The position numbers and the translations under genes are program-made. The notes below the pieces were generated by a model that was not told where the DNA came from, searched no databases, and worked only from the letters and a program-made list of their open reading frames with translations. From the NCBI GenBank assembly GCA_011109175.1, contig RDEW01000046.1, positions 139,545 to 203,544 of the forward strand: 64,000 nt of DNA. The letters run 5' to 3'. Positions 1 to 12,639 of the stretch are shown here, in pieces (the stretch's first letter is position 1; the number at the start of each line of letters is the position of its first letter). This stretch comes from Dicyema japonicum. Taxonomy: Eukaryota; Animalia; Dicyemida.

Positions 1-1283
1 GAGAGGTTTGGATCGAAAATTACTCTCTTTGTCAATATTCTCGTTTCAACTATTTTGTGTTTTATAACTCCTTCTATAATGTTGAAGAGTTACTATGGTT
101 TTGTTGCCATTCGAATAATAATGGGAGCAGCTCAGGTATAGCAATATTCCCAGTTTAGGCCTCATTCTTTCCCTGTTTCACAGTCATCATCGCAAATTGG
201 TATCCTGCTGAAATTCGGGGATCTGCTATTGGTACGATATTTCCTGGTATTTGGCACATTTTATTCAAGGTACTTATTTTGGAAATATCCTCGCATATAG
301 TGTTACTTCAGGACTGCATATAACCAGAGTTTATGGCCCGTGTCATTTTATATATTTGGTGATGAATATTTATTAAATTTAGGCGTAATTGGAGTAATTT
401 GGCTGATTTTGTGGGCAATATTCATGACCGATGACCCAAAGAATAATAGATGGATCACTGATGAGGAAAAGGAATATCTATCTCGAATCGCTGAACGAGA
501 ACAAGTCACTGATTTCAAAGTACTCTTTCTTTTAATTTAGAAAATTCCTTGGAAAAAAATGTTAACTTCTCCCCCTTTGATTGCGGAGGTAATGGTACAT
601 TTTTCGGCCAATTGGAGTGCTTTCCTTCTTGTAACCATAATCCCATCTATGTTGAAGGATTTGTACTATATTCCTGTTAAAAATGTATTACATTCGCTAT
701 ATTCCAGCAAACTTATATCACATTTCTTGCCCCCATAGTTACCTGGGTCGGGGGATTTGGTTCGTGTCTTTTATCGGATTATTTTTTGATAAAGAGAAAG
801 GCTCAGAAAACATTAGTAAGAAAGATATTTTGCCTATTTGGTAAGCAAATCAATCCTCATTGTAGCACTTATCCCGTTGGGATATTATTACTTCTGGCTA
901 CTCTGATACCAAAAAATTTACCAGTTATCGGAGTTATATTAGTGTTGATTGCATGTGTGTTCACTGGGGTATATATTTCTGTCTCCATGCCAAACATAGG
1001 GGATATTGCTCCTCAATATTACGGAATCATTGCTGGTATTTCTAATACTCTCGGGGCTCTCGGTGGAGTGGTGGCCATTCAGACATCGTACACCTTCGTA
1101 TCAGACACTGTAAATGATAATTTTACATTTTAGCATCAACCACGAGAATGGCAATATGTATTTACGCTAATGTTGGCCATTGAAATACTTGGACTACTCA
1201 CATTCACCTTTTTTGCCAAGACTGATATTCAACCGTGGGCTGTTCAAAAAAGAGACAGTGATCAAACAAATTATCAACTTTAA
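1..1283 (+). CDS. SLC17-family (sialin/VGLUT-like) MFS anion transporter, 5' end outside window, 7 micro-introns
   Basis: Spliced translation gives ERFGSK...GFVAIRIIMGAAQ, IIANWYP, WPVSFYIFGVIGVIW, KIPWKKMLTS, DIAPQYYGIIAGISNTLG, EWQYVF, IQPWA, stop TAA 1281-1283. GT-AG introns at 136-158, 247-269, 359-382, 520-540, 685-707, 841-865, 1110-1133. Two 1-nt frame slips (~316, ~840). Confidence 0.88.
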
Positions 1284-1929
1284 ACTAATTTATTAATTTT
1301 TAATCGATGTAGGATTTGGCAAAAATAAATAATCTATTTAAAAACAACAATCATACATAATTAATGCGCAAGTCCTCATGTCTAGGCATTCTAACAACCG
1401 TTTTTATTTAATTTGACAACATTAACTATTTTTAGAGACTCCAAGCAGAATAGTGGTTAGTGTTGTTCAAGTCGCGATTAGCTGTGGTTCAATTCACATC
1501 GCTACCTACTTGGTCGGTAGATTCCTTTGCTCCGTGTCTTCTCTAAATTCAAGAAGAGACCGTTTGGGAACTATTCCACGTTCCGCCAAAGTTAGTGTTG
1601 TGGTATATGACTACTTGGATTGAAGATTATTTGTTTGTTTCTTCTGTTCAACCTTCTTCCCCATTGGCTTCAGCGAGTTTGAATTGTTAATGTGCGTCAT
1701 GTGGTTCACTATCTCTGGTGGCGCCAGATATATTATTAAATTATATCCAAAAAGGGCTCAAGTTTAAGTGATTGAAATTCGACTAAAATAAGCTTAAATC
1801 GAAAATTCATTAAAGGTTTTGCTTACTCACAACTCCCAAACACTAAGTAACTTTGCTCCATTGTTAATTTTTTAGAATTTATTTTATTGTTTTGTAATAC
1901 ATAAAAATACAACAGCCATAATTACCCTA

Positions 1930-1984
1930 CTTTATTTAACCAACAATAAAAAGTTAATATTTAACAATCAACAACCTTCCTCGT
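1930..1984 (-). mobile_element. 3' tail of an R4/Dong-like element (same family as 48108-51554)
   Basis: Reverse complement cgaggaaggttgttgattgttaaatattaactttttattgttggttaaataaag closely matches 51497-51554 (cgaggaaggttgttgattaataaatatattaacttttttattgtttattaaataaag). Confidence 0.6.
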
Positions 1985-1989
1985 CTTCT

Positions 1990-3970
1990 CATTTGATTTC
2001 CGTAATCTCAGTTTTGTTTACATTTACGCTGAGAAACCATTTCTCAAGCTCCGCAGGTGCATTTTCTAGTAGGTGTTGGAGTGGGTCACGTCCCGTAATA
2101 CGAAATCCACATCATCCGCATAAGATGTCTCTTCTATGTCTCCTATATAGCATGTACGGACGTCACGGAGTGCAGATTCAAGGTATATGGTGAATAGTAA
2201 AAAGGAGAGGGAATCATCCTGGGGTGTCCCAATCGTTGTTTTTGAAACTGCGGGAAGTTGCTCATTCTGTCCTCACAGATAGTCTTTTGTTCGCAAGTAG
2301 TAGTCTGATTATCCTAACCGACGATTCATCCAATATTTGCTCAAGCACATTCATCAGTTTCTGTCTGTTTATTGAGTCAAACGCTCTGGAGAGATCTATT
2401 CCCAACACGGTCGTTGCGCTCTTGAATCTTTGGTGCGTTACGCAGCGCCATCTGTGGCCCCATACAATGTCTGCTGTAGACCTCCCTTCTCGGAACCCAC
2501 TTTGACTTGCTAATAGGTATAAATCCGCCACACCCTTTATCCGGCTTAGTGCAATGTTTGCCAGCACCTTACGTATCAAATTCAGAAGTATAATCGGGCA
2601 GAGATTTTTTACTGGTCCTTTTGATTTGTTCGGTTTTTGTCTGGGTATTAATAATCCATTTCCAAGTCCTAGATCGGTATTAGTTTCAAAGATGTCATTT
2701 AGGGTTTTTGTAATTATGTCGCTAAGTTTTTTTGGCCCATATTTTAGGAGCTCATGTTGTCCGGATCAGCACTCTTGTTGTTCTTCAGTTTATTTAGCGC
2801 TAATTCAACCTCTTCCACTGTGATTGGGATTTTTAGCGCCTTTGCTTCTCCCTGGAAAAGGGAAAAGTCCTTATTTTCTTCATTCAACAGTGTTTCGAAG
2901 TTTCGTGCAATCAATTCTGCTTTTCTTCCGGTTTACCCACGAATTTTCCATCTTTGTCTTTGATGTGAAGGGTGTTTCGTCCTTTCTTTGTCCGCAGCAG
3001 CCGCAAAGCCATACATTCTTGAATTGTCCTTTAAGCATTCCACATCTTTTAATAGGGATGAATAATTTCCCGTGAGTGTTTTCTGTTCATCTTTTTGATT
3101 TTCCATTTTAGTTCCCTTTGTTGGATAATAAGCTCTTTTTTTTACTCTCGTCTGACGTGCTTGCCGCTTTTAGTCGTAGCTCTCTGCAATGCTTTGCCAT
3201 ATCTGGCACGTTCGGCTGGTGATTAGGGCGTGATGATTTCGGACTCTAAGGCATATATTGGCCGACTTGGAGATTACCTGCTTTGTTTGATCCCACAGAG
3301 TTCGTACTGATGATTCCGGTGCGGTTTTCTCCATAAGAGTCTCGATTTAGCTCTACAAGTGGGCTCTAACCACAATTTTTCTGTCTGAAAGCATATATTG
3401 GGCCTTTGTCTCGCCTTCTTCGCGTTTTCAATTTATTTTTCCCAGTCAGGTGCTTTTTTACAGAAAGTTTTGCAATGACGGTCCTGTGGTCGCTGTCAGT
3501 TGTTGTTCCCTGGTAGGAAAGTGCATCATTTATCAGGTGTTTATCAGACTTTCGGCAGATAATGTAGTCGATTTGATAATATATATTCATGGTCTCTCCG
3601 ACAGAGTTTTTTCTTTGTCCGTGCCACGTCGTCTTGTGGCAAGCTGAGTGCGTGAAGACCGTGTTGCACAGAAATAGGTTATTTGTTTTGCAGAAGTTCA
3701 CCAGAGAGGCTCCAGATGCATTTCTCCTTCCCCGCCCGTGTCTTCCAATAGAGGATTCTTCGCGCCCCATTCGCATTCCGGCAATTGCATTCATATCTCC
3801 CGCGACAAAGACAAGGGACGAGGAAGCATTATTAGACTATGAGCTTGATAGTTCTGAGTAGAATTCCTCGAGCTCACTGGGGTTCTTGATTACTCGTCCA
3901 CATTGTGGTGCATAGACATTTATGACAGTTAATAGACTCTTGGACGGGCATAGTTCATTTAGTGGAGTGC
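1990..3970 (-). mobile_element. RTE-clade non-LTR retrotransposon remnant (APE endonuclease + RT), truncated at both ends
   Basis: APE motifs INVYAP, GRRNASG, HKTTW, QIDYI, DSDH (3366-3794). RT motifs QSGFREGRST, GIDLSRAFDS (2262-2579), GTPQDDSLS and YADD near 2110-2230. Confidence 0.85.
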
Positions 3971-4442
3971 GGAAAAAAAGTCAAGCGGAAAAAAAAAGTC
4001 AAAATCCGTAAGGGGAAAAAAGTCAAACAGAAAAAAAGTCAAGTCGTCTTTTTTTAGTTTATATTCGCATTTTTGTGATACTACTAGCATCTTTTATTTT
4101 TTAAAAATTTTTTCAATACTTGACTTTTTTCCGCTTGACTTTTTTCCATTTGAAAATTTTTCCCTTATAAATTTTCGAAATTTAGCGCAAAACGGAAAAA
4201 AAGTCAAGTCCGCTAACGAAATCACGGAATTGACTTTTTCCGCTTGGTATAATCGCTTTGAACTAAATCAATTTAAGAATTTCAAGGTAATAATAAAATT
4301 GACTTGACTTTTTTCGCTTTGGTTTANTAGGGTCCTCTTCAGAGCATTGAAAAACCCATCTTTTTTTTCGTTTTGGTTTAATCTTTTTGACCTTGACTTT
4401 TTCGCTTTGGTTTAATCTTTTGTTAAGCGTATCTTAAATATT

Positions 4443-5868
4443 ATGCTTGCCGCAAAAATAAGTGACAAATTGGAGATAATATCAACTAACAAAGGAGGAA
4501 AGAAAATTCGTTTTAAGGGTTATATGTATACAAAGCATTCGGTGACAAAAAAACTATATAATTTTTAAATGTGTGAAAAAATCTTCGCAAGGATGCAGAG
4601 AAAGACTAAGAACAGATCTTAATTTTGAATTTCCCAAAGAAGGAATCTCTCACAATCACGAATTTGATAAAAGTCAAATAAAACTGATGAAATTGTTCAA
4701 CGAAGAAAAATTTATTGCTAAAACGAGTCAAGAAAATTTCTTACAAATCTATTCAAAGGTTGTGTCTCAATGTGAAACAGCAACCAGAATTATTCTCCCT
4801 TCTGCAGATTCTTTCAAGCGAACACTAAGGAATCAACGCTTGTCTACCTATTCCAAAAATATTTTCGATCTCGGAGATATTCCATCCTCTTTAACTTTAA
4901 CTCTTGGTCCAGATTCAGAAAATTTTTTAATTTATGATAATCATAGAAGAACCGATAGAATATTAATATTCAGCACCAAAACTAATTTAACGTTATTGGC
5001 GAATTCAAAATCATGGTATATGGATAAAAATTTCTCCATGGCACCATGTATCTCCAAGCAAATCTATTTTATCAGGATTCAGTTCAATGCCAGTGCAATT
5101 ACAGTTATTTATGGAATATTACCTTCTAAATCACGAAAGATTTACGAAGAATTTTTTGAGGCTATTCAAAATGCAATTCATAATTTGAATTTGGAATTTT
5201 GTCTTGAAACTATTATGGCAGACTTTGAAGATTCGGTATTTCGAGCTGTTCTTGCAGTATTTGGGAGACGAATACATATTAGAGGATCTAAGACAGTCAA
5301 CCTGGAGAAAATTCAAGAATTGCATCTAGTAAAACAATATAAAGAAAATATTAATTTTAACATTTTTTGCGCAATGATAGACGCTCTTGCGTTTTTACCC
5401 ATTGAAGATATGGAAGAAGGAATAGAATTCCTAATGAATAATATGCCAGAAAATGTTCCAGATTCAAAATATATATTAGATTATTTTGATAGAAGATATG
5501 TTCGCGGTTATTATCGTTGCTTAAATGATCGAGAAAACCCCTTAGCTGTTAGAATACAGCACATTGCTCCATTGTTTCCTCCAAATTTATGGAATGTTTA
5601 TGAAGCTACACTCAATAATAAACAAAGAACAAATAACTATTGTGAAGGGTGGAACAATAAATTATACAATTTGACGGGATATCGTCATCCATCGATATGG
5701 AATATTATATCGTCATTCCAAAAAGAAAAAAAAATGACGAAAACTATTATTGACCAGGATTCATTTGGAAAAAGAATTTCAACAAGAACAAATAAAAAAC
5801 GATTGATAGACAAAAAGGCTTTTAAATATATGTCTGGATCGCCAGGACAGAAAAAAAACACTAAATAA
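4443..5868 (+). pseudogene. FLYWCH-MULE transposase, degenerate
   Basis: N-terminal NKGGKKIRFKGYMYTK (FLYWCH-like), frameshift ~4560, WYMDKNF (for WYMDGTF), ADFE, RTNNYCEGWNNKL. The expected CxFH motif is deleted near 5290. Confidence 0.85.
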
Positions 5869-6145
5869 GCCCTAAAAGCAATTGCATGGAATATTAAATA
5901 TTCTTTTGATTCAAATTAAATAATCCCTTGATTCACGTTAAATAAAAATCATATTTTTATAACATTTTAAACATTTTAAAAAATTTTAAAAGTAGAAAAA
6001 ATCTGTTTTATTTTTAAAATTTATTTCCACCACATGTAGTTTTAGTTGTGGCGGGACATTTTAATGCAATTACAAACTAAAGCATTAACATTAGCCAAAA
6101 TTAACTATTTAAATAATTTTTTATTCTAAACTCGCTTACTTTAAA

Positions 6146-9100
6146 TTTTTTTTTTTTTTTTCATAAGAAAAGAAAATTTATTAATGAAAAAGAGTTCAAA
6201 ATTAAGGCATCTGAATGGCCATGCTATTTCCCCTAACAATAGCCAACGAGATACGTTCTCGGAACCAACTAGTCTCTCGCGGATCCTTGGTCACAGCTTG
6301 AATCATGGAGCCGATCTTACGAACCAACTCATCTGCTTGGGGACCAAGGATTCCTGACGTTTCCACCGCGAATGGAACAAATATATACTCCTCCGAAATT
6401 CTCTGGTACTTCCTCCTCTTTCGTTCCTCGGCCTGCTTCGAAGCATGTCCTGGGTCTGAAGCAGAAGCAACCAAATTAGACGGGGAATAAGTATCAACAC
6501 ACGTCGCGTCCCAGATCAGGTTTCGTCCGTTGGCGAATGGAAAAGTCGTCATCCCATCAGGGCGTTTTCCATCGTTTCGAGAAAGACCAGCAGGTTCTAA
6601 CAGGCAATGGTGTCCAGCAGAGGCAAGGGAATTCTTTAATGTCATGTTAAGACAGGAGTGCCTGGGGAAACGACCCGCACTCATCTTGCATGACAAGGGA
6701 TGATAACCAAAAGGATCGATCCAACGTCCACAGCGGCATTTTCTTTCGGCACACAATTTAAGACCAAGACGAAGCGAGGTAGCTATTCTCACAGCCTCAT
6801 CATCCAACAGGTTTCCAATTTCGGCAGATGGAAAAGCGTTCATCCAGGCCCCCGTCGAGTGACAACTGGCTGTTTTGAGGCAGGCAAGCCTTCTTACATC
6901 TTCCGTCTTTTCAAGGGACTCTTTCTTCTTTTCGAAGACACAAAACAAATAGGACTTTTGCTTATCACAATTGACCGGAGCATTTAGGTACAAATTCATC
7001 CATTCATCCCAGGCTCCCGACGGCGTCAGCGGTACGTTTAGTCCGGAAGTAGAGTGAAGGACCGTATCCACTAAACGCCTTGACGAGCCGAACGAAGATA
7101 AATAGGCGCCCAAAGCAACGTCCGAAGGAAGAGAAAGACCCAAACCACCGCAGGCTACAGGGAGTGAGGCCTGTAACCATCCGAAATCATCAAAACGAAC
7201 ATTAAGAATGGACCCCATCGTTGACCGGATATCCATATCAATTAACGATAGAAGGTCTTTTTCGGCGTAGCATGGGGATCCCCGTAGAATAAAAAGGAGT
7301 TTTGGGAGAAGGAGACAATTCTTCAGCATAAAAAAGGCGACATGACAATCCAAAAAACTCATCCTGTCGGCATATTGACGTAAATTAGTCCTCTTGCCTT
7401 CCAATAACTCCCTCACCCGGTTTACCAAAATCCCACACCCAAGGAAGTCGAGAGAATCAATATGAGTCTCCCTAACCCCTGGGATGATTTCGCAGAGTTT
7501 TCTATGAAAAAGGTAGAATGAATCGGAACTCAAATTCAGATTAATTGCTTCGCACTTTTCATTGTTAAATTCCAGACCGATTTTTCCACACAAACTTCTG
7601 ATCGACGCAACTTTGGAGAGAATATCATCGGGACTTCCACCGAGAATACAATCGTCCAGATACCAGACGTTCAGTGGAGTGCAACGGTCCTGGGCAATAT
7701 GGTCGATAGACAAGGAAAATAGAAGAGGACCGAGTGGGTCCCCCTGTTGAACTCCGGATCCGGACGAAATAATTGCACTGCCAAAAACAAGAGGGGATGG
7801 ATCCGAATACGCGAGATATACAAAGGGATAAATCTGAGGAATCCTCCTCCTACAGGTATCAAGGACGGTGTCCCTTCTGACTGAATTGAAGGCATTCCGG
7901 AGGTCCAATTTGAATAAAACTCTGTCCTCAACATTCAATTCAGCTGATTGTGACAAATTCTCTCACTGCGTGGATCCCATCTTCACAGCCGCCATTGATA
8001 CCGACACCAAGCTGCGAAGGACAAAATTCGGCTGAAATTCGGGAGATAACAAAACGACAAGCCATTTTTGCGGATAAACGTCGAAATACGTTTCCAATTG
8101 CAATGGGGCGAATACCACCATCTTTCTTTCCGAGGCCCGTAAGATTCGCCGAAAAGAGGAGATTCCGACCAAAATCGGAAACGTTTCCGGAAAGCATGCG
8201 AGCTACGAGATCCCGGGTTTGCTCCAAGAGTAGCGATCCAGGCCTGCCGATGGAATGGGACACCAAGTCTGACAGATGGTCAGGTTTGAGACCGTCAACT
8301 CCTCCACTGCTACTTCTTCGGAAAGAACAAAGAGCGTTGTAAATGGCTGAAGTGGAAATATCATGCATAGATTGTTCTGGACGAACAGGTTTACAAAAGT
8401 CTTCTGGTTCAGGAGGATGTTTCTGTCCCAATATACAGAGTGTCTCCTGAGTGGCTTTCACCGGGTCAGAATCCGTACAAACAGTTCGAACTGCAGCAGT
8501 AAGATCGCCCTCCATCAATTTCCTCCTGACACGAGAGCGAAGCCTCTCAGGAGCCATACTGGATTGTTTGGAATTGGACTTTGGGAAGTAATCAACTGGG
8601 AAACAAATAATTCTTCAGCCAGGGACTCCCATGAATCCATAAAGGCACTCACGCGCTTCTTCAGGACATGGGATAGAGAGGGTTTCCGAGAAGATGGGGC
8701 AGGCTTACGCTCTAACCCCATAGCCAGGACAGGGAAAGAGAAAAGAACCATCCAATCCTTTTTCGAGCCATTGGACACAGCTTTCTCAATGCAAGAAGAA
8801 AGGGCAGAAGCAATTGAGATCCGGGAAGCCTTGGGATCCTGACAGGGATAATCTTCCTCTGTCGCGTGTTTGATAATAAAACCAGAAAATCCTCCGGAGA
8901 CATGGCTTCCAGAAGATCTGATACAGATGATGATGACACAAAATGATCACGAGGTTCAATTTTAGTGAGTTCCAGACGGCACGACCGGCACGACCACGAG
9001 GGAAGTGATCGAGCAATTTTCTTGGATAGTTTTTCACAACCTATGTGGTAGTAACCAACACATACAGAACATCGAATCCCGCACTTGCGAGAATTGGATA

Positions 9101-9210
9101 CTCTGCACCCTTTGCATGAGGTGTCTTCGTGTAGTACATCATAAAAAACAGACATGAATAGATAATAGGAGAGAGAAAACAACAAATCTCCACGCGACGA
9201 CAAATATATA
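6146..9210 (-). mobile_element. CRE-clade non-LTR retrotransposon copy 1 (PHD-RT-restriction-like endonuclease), near full length
   Basis: ORF segments 8712-9203 (PHD), 7940-8557 (GGIRPIAIG), 6202-7956 (GVQQGDPLGP, WYLDD, CRCG, RH, DGKRPDG, PFAVETSG). AATAAA signal and 16-nt poly(A) at 6146-6161. Confidence 0.9.
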
Positions 9211-9539
9211 TATAAAATGAAACGATCATGAATAAAAATCTTAATTTATAAACGGAAAAAAGTCAAGTCCGTTAACGAAATTACGGACTTGACTTTTTTT
9301 CCACTTGACCTTTTTTCCACTTGACTTTTTTTCCTACAATTTAAATATTATGGCTCTCGTGAAAAGGCTGTTATATATCTATTGGTCCACCCGTTAAGAT
9401 AGGGGAAAGTGTAGCTCTCATCTTCCGAATGCCACCAAGTCGTTGGCGAACCACATGACATTTTTTTGCTATATTAATTTCAGATATCAGTTTAATTTAG
9501 TAGTCTTTTAACCATATATAGTATTCTAACCATTATAAA

Positions 9540-10200
9540 AAACGGCTTATCTTTCATGGACGAGTCGGTGGATCACTTTTGAAATTAGATCTGCCCTTGA
9601 ACAGATTAAAATCAGGATAAAGTTTTTTTCTCTTTTTTAGGATAAAAGTGGTACATTCCTTAGAAAAGATCATTTCTAACATCTTACACCCCAATCTATC
9701 AAGCTTTTCTGTATTAAAATTATTAATCATACTGGGTTGACCTCATCGCAAGTGGCCTTGTTTTCTGAATGACTCAAAAAACCATAAGAATTCCATTAAG
9801 AAGCAATGTCATCTGCACATTTTTAGATCTATCGATATCTCCTTAATTAGCTGGACTTAATACATGGGAAGAGAATTATAGCTTCTACAGCGATCACTAT
9901 TCTTAATGTAAGGAAATTTCGACGGCCACAAATGGATTTCGGAAGCCACAAAATTCAAGTGCTACATAAAGCTAGATTGGTCATGATTCAATAATCTTAT
10001 TGACAGGGAACTGATTAATGTATTTTCATCGCCTTTACACTCAATATATAAGACCGTGAAATTAGCACTACTGCAATTCAAAAGACTACATTATTTTCAT
10101 TCATATTTTCTCACATGCTAAATTCATTCCTACTCTTTACTTGCCCTCATGAGACGTAGAAAGCTCTTGAAAGGTGCTTTTGAAAAACATCAAGAAGTTT
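9540..10200 (-). pseudogene. Highly degenerate non-LTR RT fragment (tentative)
   Basis: Minus-strand CADDIA near 9805-9822 and a weak GFR-like motif near 9940. Heavily disrupted. Confidence 0.3.
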
Positions 10201-10369
10201 AAGAAAAATATCATCAGAACCGGAAATGGTGGCATCTGCTCAATCCCCTCAATAAGAAAAACTTCTGACAATATTTCTGTAAGAAACTATAACAGGTCAG
10301 TCAAATTGGAGTTTGAAGGTGCAAAAGGAATATTAAAACTTTCGTCACGTACGTCATATGCTAGTTGAG

Positions 10370-10770
10370 CTACTCATGAAACACTACGCGGCGATTAGTT
10401 TCAAGACTTTTTCGAGACACCAGAACATCAAGGTGGGTCCTCATAAACCTAGTAGAGGAAGACAGCACGAAGTATTTTAATAAAGTTTTAGAAATTATCA
10501 ACGGATTGAAGAGATCATATGTTTGTATCATCGATACTTTTAAAATATTTGAGCCATACCCTATCTCATACTTCAATTTATCTGTAAACTACGAATTCAC
10601 TTATCACACCTTTGTGAAATCTTTAATTCTATCTTATCTCGTTAATCTGTATCCTGGCTAAAGTATTCGAAAAACTCTTAATTTTGAAGATTACCCCCCC
10701 CCTTTTTCTTCCGCAACCACGAATCCAACATGGTTTTTGTAAAGAAAGATCGAAATTTCTGACTCCAAAA
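10370..10770 (+). mobile_element. Degenerate Jockey-like RT N-terminal fragment
   Basis: Translates to MKHYAAISFK, YFNLSVN, LISLICILAKVFEKLL, IQHGFCKERS, paralleling the element at 24029-26367. Confidence 0.5.
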
Positions 10771-11433
10771 TAAACCAAAAATTTAATTTATGGATTGAAA
10801 ACCTCACCAGAAGTAGTTCTAACAAACACGCAAGGATTCACGCACCACAAAAAAGGCTAGTAAAAGACTTACTACATATTTGTCTTGAGGTGCCCCGAAA
10901 GAAAGTCGTTAAGCTACTCTGTGCTATAAGCACTTTAGATGCTTTTGGTAAATGCAGAGTGGTAAAGAACGGAGAATCCAGACTCTTACTGAAGTTCAAG
11001 ATGGAGGGGGATGCCTCAGCTTATGAAACTGGGTAGAACAATAAGCAACCTTACGGTACCAAGGCACACAAGATATTAAAAGTGAAGCCGGAACGAATGG
11101 ATGCTGTCGTAAAAGTCTTCAGAGTAGCTTTAGACTTCGTAGATAATGACGTACGCGACACGATTTTCCTCGACATGGTTAGAGTGGGTTTCTTTAGGTT
11201 TGGTGTGTCCCGGGAGCGAAAAGCTAACATCCAATGCTACATGTGTCAGGGATTCGGTCACACAAACTCCGACTACACTAATAAAAGAAGTGCCTTTCTT
11301 ACGGGGGCCTACATTCACACAAGTCCTTCAATCTAAAGTAAGATCAGTCAAATATGTAAAATGTAGTTAGCTATGTCATGTCTCGCTTCTATCAAAGGCC
11401 TCGGATAGGGTACTACAGGAGAGATGGCATTAT

Positions 11434-11753
11434 GGGTTTCAACCGCGTGGCGCCATGTGGTGTTGCGTGGTTAATTGGTTGAAGTTTTCTGCTTGCTTGT
11501 TCGTTCCTCCTCTCTCTTCCTATTAGAGTGGCGTCATGTGATCCACATGTCTAAGTGGCGCCCAGTGCCATGCCGGCACGAAAAAGGATCTTTGCTCTCC
11601 CCCACTCCACTGGAGGGGTTTCCACAACTGCATATAATGGACGTCTTACCTTTCCGGATGGACTCTGTTTCTGTAGAAGTGGAAACTGGATACACTTAAT
11701 TAGTTGTTTACTTTAACTTCTTTCTCGGTGTATCCGGGGTTAATAAATAATAA
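11434..11753 (+). mobile_element. Short (~320 bp) retroposon with 10-bp TSD; candidate SINE or 5'-truncated LINE
   Basis: ATGGCATTAT at 11424-11433 and 11754-11763. The 3' end has a GGATACAC/GTGTATCC stem, TAATTAGTT, GGGG and a TAATAAATAATAAA tail. Confidence 0.75.
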
Positions 11754-12639
11754 ATGGCATTATCAATCGCTTACTACAAAGCATGAAATTGTTGGTTTTT
11801 GAACAGCTAATAAAAGAAGGGGACACTCTGTTGGAGATATTTGAAGAACTCCGATTGTCAGTGGCCACCTTCCAAGAGCTCAATCATTAAGATACTTAGG
11901 GTGAAAAGGACTACCTAGGAATAATCGTCTTTTCGCTTTCTATGCTCGATTTGCATTCTGTCCCATGTATACTTAGACTGAATAGAAGTGACCATCGAAG
12001 TTTTATAGACCAGTCTAAACCTAAGCCCTGGATTGTTGTGATCTGCGCACTAGCTACTGATATAACTGGAGGCGTTCTTGATTTGTAATAAAATGAGATA
12101 TGGATGGCTCCATTATGGACATTCTGGACGAATACATGTGTACAAGCTTCAAAGTACGTTTGTGTGCTGAAATTCGTCAGCATATAAGAAGCCTGATTTT
12201 AAGTAAAATAATATTTAGAATATGACTGTGGGAATGTGGACGCGCTGCGGCTTTGTGGAGAATCGGAGTTCACTCAAAAAAGGATCAACGCTCTCCAGTG
12301 AAAGATTAAGAAGGGTCTTGAGCAGCGGTTCTTAACTGCGGCCCGCTGCTACTTAGGTGCGGCCGGCTTAAAATTATAAAAATATAGTAAACCCTCATTA
12401 ATCCGAACTAAAAAAATCGGATGCTTTTCGGATTGTGAAGGGAATAAATATATTAATTTCATTGTAGTTAATATTAATGTTTTCACATATAATAATAATC
12501 TCTCTATTTTAGCATCAATCATTTCCTCGTCGACATTATAATTTTCACAAAGAATGATCATTTCGTTCTCGTCGAGCACTTCTGTTTGAGTTATTTCGTA
12601 TTCATTAGGAAGTTCAGTTCTTTCGATACCCATTCAAAA

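Larger units (their letters stand above)
3971..9334 (+). mobile_element. Mutator-like (MULE) DNA transposon with repeat-built terminal inverted repeats
   Basis: Left end GGAAAAAAAGTCAAGCGG..., right end ...CCACTTGACTTTTTTTCC (inverted). Multiple GGAAAAAAAGTCAAG sub-repeats at 3971-4400 and 9253-9334. Encloses a MULE transposase and a nested CRE element. No TSD found. Confidence 0.7.

Noticed and set aside
836-870. Splice junction off by one G, suggesting non-canonical splicing
   Set aside because: Similar apparent cases in ARHGAP39 resolved to canonical 23-24 nt introns on re-reading, and the UBR5 junctions checked were all canonical. A homopolymer consensus error is simpler.
1430-1735. Possible 5' end of an R4-like element (MTHINNSNSLKPMG) or an LTR primer-binding site (TGGCGCC)
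   Set aside because: Only a few residues resemble the 27090 ORF start, a stop follows quickly, and no LTR pair or gag-pol is present.
3971-4400. CRISPR-like repeat-spacer array
   Set aside because: Eukaryotic context, irregular spacing and mixed orientation; explained as MULE terminal repeats.
10790-11755. HeT-A-like gag-only element (ORF1 joined to a LINE 3' end)
   Set aside because: The 3' piece has its own 10-bp TSD, so it is a separate insertion into a longer ORF1-ORF2 element.
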